From contig NC_088794.1 in assembly GCF_011386835.1 (NCBI RefSeq), positions 1,922,001-1,986,000 of the forward strand: DNA of 64,000 bases. Direction: 5' to 3'. Under the pieces are notes generated by a model. It was not told where the DNA came from. It did not search any database and was given only the letters and a program-made list of their open reading frames with translations. The translations under genes were made by a program, and so were the position numbers. This document shows positions 1 to 11,689 of the stretch, piece after piece. How positions within the stretch are numbered: the stretch's first letter is position 1; every line of letters starts with the position of its first letter. Source of the stretch: Chrysemys picta bellii. Lineage: Eukaryota.

Positions 1-59
1 GAAATGTCATTCCCCCCCTGCCACCGTCCCCCCAGCCCAAGTCCCTCCCCCTCCCCCTC

Positions 60-1140
60 TTCCCTCCCCCCCCGTGCTGCTCTGCCCCGTCCCCCCACCG
101 CCCAGCCTCCCTACTGCTTCCACCTCCTCACCCCAACCCTCCAGTCCCCAATAACCCCCCAATGCCCAATAACCCCCCAACCCACCCCAGACACCCCCAG
201 TGCCCAATAACCCCCCAGCCCACCCCAGACACCCCCAGTCCCCAGAAACCCCCCCACTGCCCAATAACCCCCCAACAGACCCCAGACACCCCCAGTCCCC
301 AGAAACCCCCCACTGCCCAATAACCCCCCAACCCACCCCAGACACCTCCAGTGCCCAGAAACCCCCCAGTGCCCAATAACCCCCCAACCCACCCCAGACA
401 CCCCCAGTGCCCAGAAACCCCCCAGTGCCCAATAACCCCCCAACAGACCCCAGACACCCCCAGTGCCCAATAACCCCCCAGCCCACCCCAGACACCCCCA
501 GTGCCCAGAACCCCCCCACTGCCCAGTAACCCCCCAACAGACCCCAGACACCCCCAGTGCCCAATAACCCCCCAGCCCACCCCAGACACCCCCAGTCCCC
601 AGAAACCCCCCAGTGCCCAATAACCCCCCAACCCACCCGACACCCCCAGTGCCCAATAACCCCCCAGCCCACCCCAGACACCCCCAGTCCCCAGAAACCC
701 CCCACTGCCCAATAACCCCCCAACAGACCCCAGACACCCCCAGTGCCCAATAACCCCCCAGCCCACCCCAGTCCCCAGAAATCCCCCACTGCCCAATAAC
801 CCCCCAGCCCACCACAGACACCCCCAGTCCCCAATAACCCTCCAGACACCCCCCAGTGCCCAATAACTCCCCAGTCCCCAATACCCCCAGCCCACCCAAG
901 AGTCTCCAATAACCCCCGACACCCCCCAGTTCCCAATAACCCCCAGCCTACCCCAACCAGACCTCCCATCTCCAATAACCCCCAACCCACCCGACACCCC
1001 CAATCCAGTTCCCAATAACGCCCCAGCCCTTCCCAGACACCCTCCCAGTCCCCAATACCCCCAGCCCACCCAAGAGTCCCCAATAACCCCCCAGACACCC
1101 CCAAGTTCCCAATAACCCCCCAGCCTCCCAACCAGCCCCC
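60..1140. repeat. C-rich minisatellite (units like CCCCCAGTGCCCAATAACCCCCCAGCCCACCCCAGACA)
   Basis: Dozens of imperfect tandem copies are visible. The Gly/Trp-rich ORFs here are its translation. Confidence 0.95.
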
Positions 1141-1167
1141 CCCCCCCCGACAGCCCCATGCTCTCAC

Positions 1168-1400
1168 CGGAAGCGGGAGTCTGGCGCGGGTCTCTGGTGG
1201 CACACGGCAGCTCCGGGCAGCGCTGGGTGACTGGGGTACCAAGGGGCCGTAGGGCTATAACGGGCTGGGGGGCGGGACGGGTGGGATAACCTTTTCCCTG
1301 ACCCCTGGCCTTTTGCTGGGGCGGCTAAAAATACCCCAGCCCGGGAATGTGAAACGCCCAGGCACTCGTAGTAGGGCAAAACGCTGAGTCATGGGGTGGG
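1168..1400 (-). promoter_or_regulatory. Probable promoter and non-coding first exon of a minus-strand gene continuing off the left edge (ALDOA expected by synteny)
   Basis: Minus-strand donor CCG|GTGAGA at 1168/1167, TTATAG at ~1255-1260, GC box at ~1270, MEF2-like CTAAAAATAC 1325-1334, AP-1 TGAGTCA 1385-1391. Gene identity is inference only. Confidence 0.4.
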
Positions 1401-1984
1401 GGGCCCAGCAGCCAGCACCCCCACCTCTTGCAGCCCCCCAGACACTCCCACTTCCCCCGCCAACACTGGTCCCCCAGACCCTGAACCCCTCAAAGCCCCC
1501 TGCAGCCCCCCAATGTCTGAGTCCTCTGTGTACCCCCCAAACCCAGACCCCCCCTTCTCCTCCTTTCCCTCCTTTGGGGAGGCCTCTGGACCTTGTCTTT
1601 GCCCCCCCAATCTACAGCTCCTGGTGCCCCTGGCTGGCCCCAGGGCTGGTCCACACCCCCCTCAGCGCTGGCTCCTGGGAAACAGATGGGTGGTTGGGGT
1701 GTCCCCCCCCAATAAAGGCAGGAGCCGCCTGGCGGGGGCCTGGGACCCTGGAAATGTGGATTCAAAGTCCAGTGATGGGGGGATGAGAAGGGGGAGGGGG
1801 AGCCGGTGGGGCTGGGAGTGAAATCCCCCCCTCCTCTCCATGTCCCCCCAACCCCCACTCAGCCCCCTCCTCTCTTCCCTCCTACTGACCTCCGTCCCCT
1901 CCCCATGGTTGGGGGTCAGAACTTGGGGTCACCCCCAGCACAAATGAGCCCCAGGGCAGGCCCCATCTGGGTCTCCATGGATAC

Positions 1985-3140
1985 CTTCTAGACCCCAGAT
2001 GGCCCCCCCAGGCTGGGATCCAAGTTACCATGGTGATGCTCTAGACCAGTGGTTCTTAATCTTTACTGCAGCCTGGTTCTCAAAAATATGTTCTCACACC
2101 TCTTATCAAAAATCGTTGAAGTACGTCAGTCCTTTCAACCTACATATATCCTAACTACAGAATGCAAGAGAGAGAACGAAATATTGATTTTAATTCTGCA
2201 GTTAAAACGTAACGCAGTAATCATTAAAAATGTATAATGTTAATAAATACATAGGTTTGATGAAACAAAGGAGTTGTGCTTACGTGCCTGTGCTTAATTT
2301 GTGTTTTCAATGATTTACCTTCTAAAAAAATCTGGCATGTCTCACACTGCCTGGGGGTACGTGCACCCCAGGTTAAGAACCACTGCTCTAGACCCCAGCT
2401 AGTCCTCCCCAGACTGGGATCCAAGTTACCATGGTGACACTCTAGACCCCCGTTAGCCCCCCGCCCGCCCCAGATCCAAGTTACCATGGTGACGCGCTAG
2501 ACCCCAGCTAGCCCCCCCAGGCAGGGATCCAAGTTACCATGGTGACGCTCAAGACCTGTTAGCCCCCTGCCCCCCAAGCTGGGATCCAAGTTACCATGGT
2601 GATGCTCTAGACCCCAGCTAGCCCCCCGCCCCCCAGGCTGGGATCCAAGTTACCATGGTGACGCTCTAGACCCCAGATAGCCCCCCCCAGGCTGGGATCC
2701 AAGTTACCATGGTGACGCTCTAGACCCCAGCTCGCCCCCCGCCCGTCCCCCAGGCTGGGATCCAAGTTACCATGGTGACACTCTAGACCCCAGCTAGCCC
2801 CTCCCAGGCTGGGATCCAAGTTACCATGGTGATGCTCTAGACCCCAGCTAGCCCCCCGCCTGGGATCCAAGTTACCATGGTGACGCTCTAGACCCCAGCT
2901 AGCCCCCCCCCCCCAGCCTGGGATCCAAGTTGGTGATGCTCTAGACCCCAGCTAGCCCCCACCCCCGGCTGGGATCCAAGTTGGTGACGCTCTAGACCCC
3001 AGCTGTGCCCCCCCAGGCTGGGATCCAAGTTACCATGGTGACGCTGTAGACCCCAGCCTGGGATCCAAGTTACTCTGGTGATGCTCTAGACCCCAGCTGG
3101 CCCATGGCCAAGGTCTGGGATACCATGGCGATGCTCTAGC
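1985..3140. repeat. Minisatellite, ~55-60 bp unit GGGATCCAAGTTACCATGGTGACGCTCTAGACCCCAGCTAGCCCCC
   Basis: About 15 visible tandem copies, interrupted by a hAT MITE. Confidence 0.95.
2047..2385. mobile_element. Non-autonomous hAT DNA transposon (MITE)
   Basis: TIRs CAGTGGTTCTTAA...TTAAGAACCACTG. Perfect 8-bp TSD CTCTAGAC at 2039-2046 and 2386-2393. Confidence 0.92.
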
Positions 3141-3942
3141 TCCCCCCCACCCCCCAAGGAGCTGAGTTCAGGCAAAGTCATCACCAGGAGCTTTAATGTA
3201 GCAGGAACACAGGGCGCATCACACACGTGGGGGCCTTCAGACCTCAGAGACGGGGAAGGGCCATTCGGACCCGGATCCAGACCTCAGTCGTCCAATGAGA
3301 ACCAGGATCCCCCCACCCCCAAATTAATTCATGTGCAAACAGCATCTGCATGAAATACACCATGGGTGCGTGTCGGGGGTCACGACACGGAAGTAATAGT
3401 GGTTAAAGTCAAGGGGTCAAAGAGCCAGAGGAGGCCCAAGGGCCAACAACCAGGGGGCTCAAAGGTCAGAGGCTACGAGTTCAACGGTCACACGTTCAAT
3501 GTAGTGAGGTTCAAAGGCAAATGACACACAGTCTTCTTCAAGTAGCCAAGGCTCAAAGGTCAATGAGCCAAAGGCTGAAGTACACAGGCAAGGGGCCAAG
3601 GGTCAAAGTTCAACACTCTGTAACCAACCCACAACAAATCAAAAGGTCAAAGTTCAGGGAGCTAACAAAGGGTCAAAGTTCATCAACAGAAGGGTCAAAT
3701 TGCAACCGTCCAAGGTTCGGGTGACCAGGGGGTCGCAGACGGCCACCCTGGGGTCAGATTTCAGGGGTCATGGGGCTCAGTCGACCGCCCCAGGTTGGAG
3801 TTCAGGGGTCACAGGGCTCAGTCAGCCACCCTGGGGTCAGAGTTCAGGGATCGCGGGGCTCAGCTGGCTGCCCTGGGGTCACAGTTCAAAGGTCGTGGGG
3901 CTCAGCCTGCTGCCCAAGGTCGAAGTTCAGGGGTCGCGGGGC

Positions 3943-5469
<1,527 letters not shown>

Positions 5470-6180
5470 TTAGGGGCACCCCCCAATTCCAATGCAGCCC
5501 TCTCAAATCCACAGGTGAGCCCTCATATTTAAGGGGAACCCCCGCAGTTCCCCAAATCTCCTGGGCATATAGCCCCCAAATTAACAGGGCCCCCTGAATT
5601 TCCCTGCAAGGAAACAGCCCCTCCAAATTACCAGGCACCCCCCTTCTCCCTCCCAAACCCTCTCACTTCGTTGGCAAGCAGCACCCCTCAAACTATTCTG
5701 CTGCTCCCTAGAGCCCTTCCCCCAAATGCAGCCGCCAGAGGAGCACCCCTAAATTATGCCCCACCCCAATGCGGACCCCCCACATAATGCCAACCCTGGG
5801 GCATCCCCAAATTCTGCCCTAGGAGCCCCTGTCCTCCAATGAACTGCTCCTGTGTGCCCCTAAAATCCCTCCCCAGCACCCCTTCCTCTGCACCCCCAAA
5901 TTCCAGAGCACCTTCTAAATCCCTGCCCAGGCGCCTGCTGCCCCTCTGCAGTCCCCCCAAGTCCTGTGTACCCCAAATCCCTCCCCAGTGCAGCCCACCA
6001 GTGCCGAGCACCCCCAAACCCTGCCCCTCCCCCTGCGCACCCCAAATCCCTCCCCAATGCAGCCCCTCCCGCCTGTGCACCCCCAAACTCTGCCCCCTCC
6101 CCCTGCGCACCCCAAATCCCTCCCCAATGCAGCCCCTCCCGCCTGTGCACCCCCAAACCCTGCCCCCTCCCCCAGCGCAC

Positions 6181-6355
6181 CCCGCCTCTGCCGGGGCTTG
6201 GCCCCGCTGGCACCGGCCGCTGCCCCTCCCCCCAATCCGCCTCCTCCAGCCCCAGCCCGGTCACCGCGGCAACATGGCGAGGGGAAGTGACGCGCTGGCC
6301 CCGGCGGCCGCCATGGCGGGGGCTGGCAGGAGGGGCCGGCGGCCATCTTGGGGGT
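6181..6355 (-). promoter_or_regulatory. CpG-rich promoter / putative non-coding first exon of the CRK-like gene
   Basis: YY1-type CAAGATGGCCGCC at ~6338-6350 (minus), ETS-like GGAAGTGACG, candidate donor GGG|GTGCGC at 6181/6180. The coding ATG at 5439 is preceded by an acceptor (CCCCAG|AGCC), so an upstream exon is implied. Confidence 0.55.
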
Positions 6356-6359
6356 GGGC

Positions 6360-6915
6360 AGGACGCCTGGGTTCTCTCCCGGGGAGGGGAGGGGGGGCTG
6401 GTGGGTTAAAGCAGGCGGGGCTGGAGCCCGGACGCCTGGGTTCCCTCCCTGGCTCTGGGACGGGGGGCTGGTGGGTTAGAGCAGTGGGGGCTGGAGCTCG
6501 GACGCCTGGGTTCTCTCCCTGGTTCTGGGAGGGGGGGCTGGTGGGTTAGAGCAGGGGGGGCTGGAGCCCGGACGCCTGGGTTCCCTCCCTGGCTCGGGGA
6601 GGGGAGGGGAGGGGAGGGGGGGCTGGTGGGATAGAGCAGGGGGGGCTGGGAGCCAGGACTCCTGGGTTCCCTCCCTGGCTCTGGGAGGGGAGGGGGGGCT
6701 GGTGGGATAGAGCAGGGGGGGCTGGAGCCCGGACACCTGGGTTCTCTCCCTGGCTCTGGGATGGGAGTGGGGGCTGGTGGGATAGAGCAGGGGGGGCTGG
6801 AGCTCGGACGCCTGGGTTCTCTCCCTGGCTCTGGGATGGGAGTGGGGGCTGGTGGGATAGAGCGGGGGGGCTGGAGCTCGGACGCCTGGGTTCTCTCCCT
6901 GGCTCTGGGATGGGA
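6360..6915. repeat. G-rich minisatellite (GGCTGGTGGGTTAGAGCAGGGGGGCTGGAGCCCGGACGCCTGGGTTCTCTCCCT)
   Basis: About 8 tandem copies. Related units occur at ~21290-21390 and ~27070-27230. Confidence 0.9.
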
Positions 6916-7684
6916 GTGGGGGGTCTCTCCAGTTCCTGCCAGAGCCCGGACTGGATTATGTTGTAATAATAATAGTTGATTTTTATGCCTAGATTTAGAT
7001 TCAACTCTGTTGGAATGAACGATGCCAATAAACCCCCTAATGGATTAGAAACACCTAAATCACCCATAAGCACTTTACTAATCAAATCCATCATCGAACG
7101 GGACTGCGATTGCCATTCGAAATCCAACAAGGAACTCTGCTAAGAACTCAACTCAGTAACTACACAGTGACTAAAAGAAAAGGTAAATTAGGAATACAAT
7201 AAAAATAAATATATCTACCAAAACACTTATAAAAAGTTGAGTAGGAATAAAACAGCACATATAAAAAAATACACTATCCCCAACCTTGGTAGACTTAGAT
7301 TTATCATTTGGATGGATAATACTAATGTTCATTTTTAAGCATTTTTTCAGTGTTTATTAATTTAAATTTTCAGTTGCAGGAAATGATGGGGGGTACAGCC
7401 AATTCTTTAATGACCCTAGCTTCTGAGATTCAAAAAGGAAATTGGCAATGACACAATAAATCCTCAGTACTAATAAATAATGAATTGGCTACAGACTGAA
7501 CAGACTAATATACTCCAATATCAATCGGTAATATCAAAATAAAACAAATTCAAATACACCAACTGTTATAAACGCAAAGTGAATGAAATAATAAACCCCA
7601 AACTACTATGAATAAAATAAATACACAATAACGCAGTGATAATAGTCACACTAGGAATAAAGCAGTGAGACACACGCTGCAGCT

Positions 7685-8177
7685 TTAATAAACAAGGGAA
7701 TCTTGAGCAGGAGCAGAGAGGTGATTTTTCCCTTGGTCTGTAGTCCTGGTGCGGCTGCTGCTGGAATCCTGTGTCCAGTTCTGGTGCCACAATTCAAGGA
7801 GGATGTTGCTCAGTTGGGGAGGGCTCAGAGAAGAGCCACAAGAATAATTAAAGGATCAGACCACCTCCTTACAGGTAGTGTCAAGGAGCTCCAGCTATTT
7901 AGCTTAACAAAGAGAAGGTGAAGGGGTGACTTGATCCCAGTCTATAAGTACTTACATGGGGAACAGAGATTTAATAACAGGCTCTTCAATCCAGGAGAGA
8001 AAGGCCTATCACCATCGAGTGGCTGGCAGCTGAAGTTAGACAAATTCAGACTGGAATGAATTTGTAACAGTGAGGGGACTTAACCACTGGAACAACTCCC
8101 CAAGGGTCGTGGTGGATTCTCCAGCCCTGGCAATTTTTTAAATCAAGATGGGGTGTTTTTCTAAAAGATCTGCTCTT
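7685..8177 (+). mobile_element. Degraded CR1 LINE fragment (ORF2 C-terminus)
   Basis: Translates to CR1-like SRSREVIFPL..QFKEDVAQLGRAQRRATRIIKG..LQLFSLTKRR, with frameshifts. Confidence 0.85.
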
Positions 8178-8495
8178 AATGGAGGTCAGCAGTAGGGTTC
8201 AGAGTTAACAAGAGATGAGCTACTGTTTCAGGACAGTTCTGCCCTGGAATGCAGTGGGCACTCATCCCCATCACCTCCTATAATTTTCTCCCACAAACGG
8301 GCTGCCTTAGCCTGGAGCTGGACAGTGTCATCAGTAAGGTTCGGAGTTAACAGCAGTGTGAGGTTTCATTTCAGCTGCCTTATCTAGACTGGGAACGCTG
8401 TCCCTTGCTTCTCAGCTGAGCACTGCAGGCGTAGACACCCCAAAACAGGGATAGTGGGGTTGTGAAGCTGGTGGGCAGGGACCCCCAATTGAGGG

Positions 8496-9679
8496 TGTGA
8501 CGTTGCCACCCATAAGGCTTTATAGAAATATGCTTATGGGTGTATATATAGAACATAACTAGAATGTGTTTTATGCTACATATGCCATGTAACATATCTC
8601 TGTAAAGGTTATGATCTACTGAATCTATTCATCCTATTTGTATGCATGTATCATTTTTGTATTCGAAGTTATAAATATTGGCTGCATACTTGTTTGATTC
8701 GGAGTAGGGTTTAGTGAAGCAGTTGGTCAGCTCCCTGAGAAAAGACTATTCTCAGTAAGTGCCCAATCAAGAAACCCTTAAGCCAACAATGAACTTGGAG
8801 ACACCAATCCACATCTGGATTTTCCCAGGAATGTGGCTTGGCTGGTAAGGAACTGAGTCATGCATGGACATGTGACTTGCCCAGGTGACTCCAGAACTCC
8901 ATTTGGTAGCTGGATTTTGCATAGGAGTGAGGAGGGGGTCTCCACCCACAAGAGAAAGTCTGTTTAAGCCCAGAGAAGACCCTTCCATTTTGTCTTCAGC
9001 TGGCTAAAGAGAGAGCCTCTCCACCCCCAAAGATACCTGAAAGAAACTGGAACAAAGGACAATAACTACAGGGGGTGTGAGTGATTGCTGGACCCAGGCT
9101 AAAAGGAGACTAGTCTGTAAAAGGAGCATTCTGGAACTAGTGAGATTATCTGTATTCAGTTTGATTAGACATAGATTTGCACATTTTATTTTATTTTGCT
9201 TGGTGAGTTACTTTGTTCTGTCTATTACTACTTGGAACCACTTAAATCCTACTTTCTGTATTCAATAAAATCACTTTTTACTTGTTAATTAACACAGAGT
9301 AGGTGTTTATACCTTGGGGGGCAAACAGCTGTGCATATCTCTCTATCAGTGTTATAGAGGGCGAACAATTTCTGAGTTTACCCTGTATAAGCTTTATACC
9401 AGGTAAAATGGATTTATTTGGGTTTAGACCCCATTGGGAGTTGGGCATCTGAGTGTTAGAGACAGGAACACTTCTGTAAGCTGCTTTCAGTCAAGCCTAC
9501 AGCTGTTAGGGGACGTGGTTCAGACCTGGGTCTGGGTTTGCAGCAGGCTAGCGGGTCTGGCTCAAACCAGGCAGGGCACTGAAGTCCTAAGCTGATGGGG
9601 CAGGAAAGCAGGGGCAGAAGTAGTCTTGGCACATCGGGTGGCAGCTCCCAAGGGGGGTTCTGTGATCCAACCCGTCACA
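8496..9679 (+). mobile_element. Solo LTR (~1.18 kb)
   Basis: Termini TGTGACG...CGTCACA, 5-bp TSD GAGGG (8491-8495; 9680-9684), internal AATAAA at ~9264. Confidence 0.88.
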
Positions 9680-10040
9680 GAGGGGCTCCAGGGCTAGTTG
9701 AGGGGGAGCAGTTACTGGACCAAGCATAGCTGTGATGGCTAATGTCTCCCTGATTTGGCCTGAATTCAGTAGACAGTCCGGAAAGTCTGATGGCCAGAAC
9801 GTTTTCATGGCTGCACCAGTTCTGATCCACCAACACCCAAGAGCAGACAGACAAGGCAAGGTATCTCAAAGCTGCTTTATTATAAAAGTTGGAGTTACAA
9901 ATATTGGGGGTCGTGTAACAAAATGAGGAAGGGATCACCCCACTTGGGGAGCAGGGGATCCCCACAATCCAGCATTAGTGAGTACATGCCAGTCAGAGTC
10001 TCTAATGGGGGAGTCCCCTGATTTTCTTGCGGGGCTCCCC

Positions 10041-11042
10041 TCAGAGCAGTTTGACCTCAAAGCAGATGCAATTGATGCTCTGACAGTCCGGGGGCTGGTA
10101 GGCACAGGCACAGTCACAGAGGGGGCAGCAGCGAGGGAAAGGGGGGCAGGTGCTGAGCTCCCAGCCCTGCAGAGAGAGAGAGAGAAAAAAAATGGGGCTG
10201 TTAACCTGCAGGACTACTCGCTCCTTGATATTAAACAGTGACTATTATGTGGCAGGTAGTCCTGATGTTAAGCAGTGGCTGGTAGCCCACAGGACTACCC
10301 GCCACAAGACATTTAAAGGCCGTATTAATCCGCAGGACGACGCTCCCAGGTTATTTACTAGGGGGTTGTAAACCCTGACTACCCACCACAAGAACATTTA
10401 TATACAGGACTGCCTGCCCCAGGATATGTAATGGGGCCAGTACCCCAAAGGGTTTGGGGGTCACTCACCTGGCGTCGGGGACAACAGGTGTCCAGGCAAC
10501 GGATGAGGGAGAGAGGGGCACAGTCGCACGCCTCGGCGCAGGCCAGGCAGCAGTGGCAGGGCCCCCCCAGCATCCCCTTCTCACACCAGCAACAGTCAGG
10601 GCAGAGTCCATGGGCCTGGGGAGTGGAGGGAGGGTGAGAGATGGAAGGGCCAACTCACCCCTCCCCTCAGCTGACCTGCCCAGCCCTGCTCTGACCCCCT
10701 AGGCCTGCCCCACCTGTGACACCCCTGAATATCCCCCCCATATCCACCCTGCCTCCCCCTCCACCATATCCTTCCCCACTGCCCCCCAGTATAGACCCCT
10801 GTCCCCCTATCTGTGCCCCCTTACCAGCAGGCAGTGGCGCAGCACGAGGATGAGGAGGAGGAGGAGCAGGTAGGCGGCCACAGTGATGAAGACAATGGCT
10901 GGGAGGGGCAGAAGGAGGGAGCTGGGGGGGCCCGGCGTGGGGGTCTACAACAGGGAGAGACAGGAGAGGGGGAGCAGGTCAGAGAGCCTGGGGGGAGACA
11001 CAAGGAGGGGGAGGCAGCGGAGGAGGGGAGACTTACAGCCAT
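10041..11042 (-). CDS. Small single-pass membrane protein with Cys-rich C-terminus (132 aa), LOC112694756-like; coding exons 11042-11037, 10944-10825, 10615-10469, 10166-10041
   Basis: Spliced product: MA|TPTPGPPSSLLLPLPAIVFITVAAYLLLLLLILVLRHCLL|AHGLCPDCCWCEKGMLGGPCHCCLACAEACDCAPLSLIRCLDTCCPRRQ|GWELSTCPPFPRCCPLCDCACAYQPPDCQSINCICFEVKLL*. All junctions are GT-AG phase 0. AATAAA (minus) at 9876-9881. It matches my recollection of the human protein encoded upstream of ALDOA (..PIPAIVFIAVGIYLLLL..PRCCPLCDCAC..DCQSLNCLCFEIKLR). Confidence 0.9.
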
Positions 11043-11689
11043 TCCTGGATTGGGGGGGATCCTCAGAGGGGTTGGGGTCTCTGCTCGCCCCTAGGGTGCC
11101 ACATCTGAGAAAGACAGACAGATCAGAGCCAACCCAGCAAGGACTGGTCCCCGTAAGCTGCCCCACTGAACCTCACCCCTATCCCCAAACCTACTGCCCC
11201 CACCAATCCACCCCAGCCTCAAACCTACCCACCCTAGGCAGGGAGCAGGTCCCAGAGGAGCAGGTTGCTGCCCCCAGCTACATGGTTCACTCTGAAACCT
11301 ACTGATCACGGTCCAACCCAGAGCCGTCCCTCGGGGGCGGGGCTTCAGCACCTGAGAGCGAGGCAAACGCTTATACCACATGACAGTGCATAGTCATCTG
11401 CTTAATTGATATTAATGATCCTCAGGCCCAGCCCATGATTGGTAGAGACCAGCTCCTCATGAATATTCATTGAAGTGGGGCCCCACCCCCTTCGTTAATA
11501 ACTAACATGCATATTAATTAGGCTGAGTTTGTCCCACCCCCAATTGACATTCAAATATGCAAATTATTCAAAAGACCTGTCCCTTATTATTGAAATATGC
11601 ATATTGATTAGGTCACGATCGCCCTCGTTGCTGTTCACATCTCATGAATATTGATTAGCACCAAACCAGTTCATGAATATTCATGAGTC

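Noticed and set aside
1391-1821. Short plus-strand Pro-rich ORFs with a nearby AATAAA
   Set aside because: No homology recognised; consistent with C-rich promoter-flank composition.
1985-3140. CRISPR-like appearance (palindromic repeat with variable spacers)
   Set aside because: The context is eukaryotic, the spacers are homologous C-rich unit parts rather than unique sequences, and there are no cas genes.
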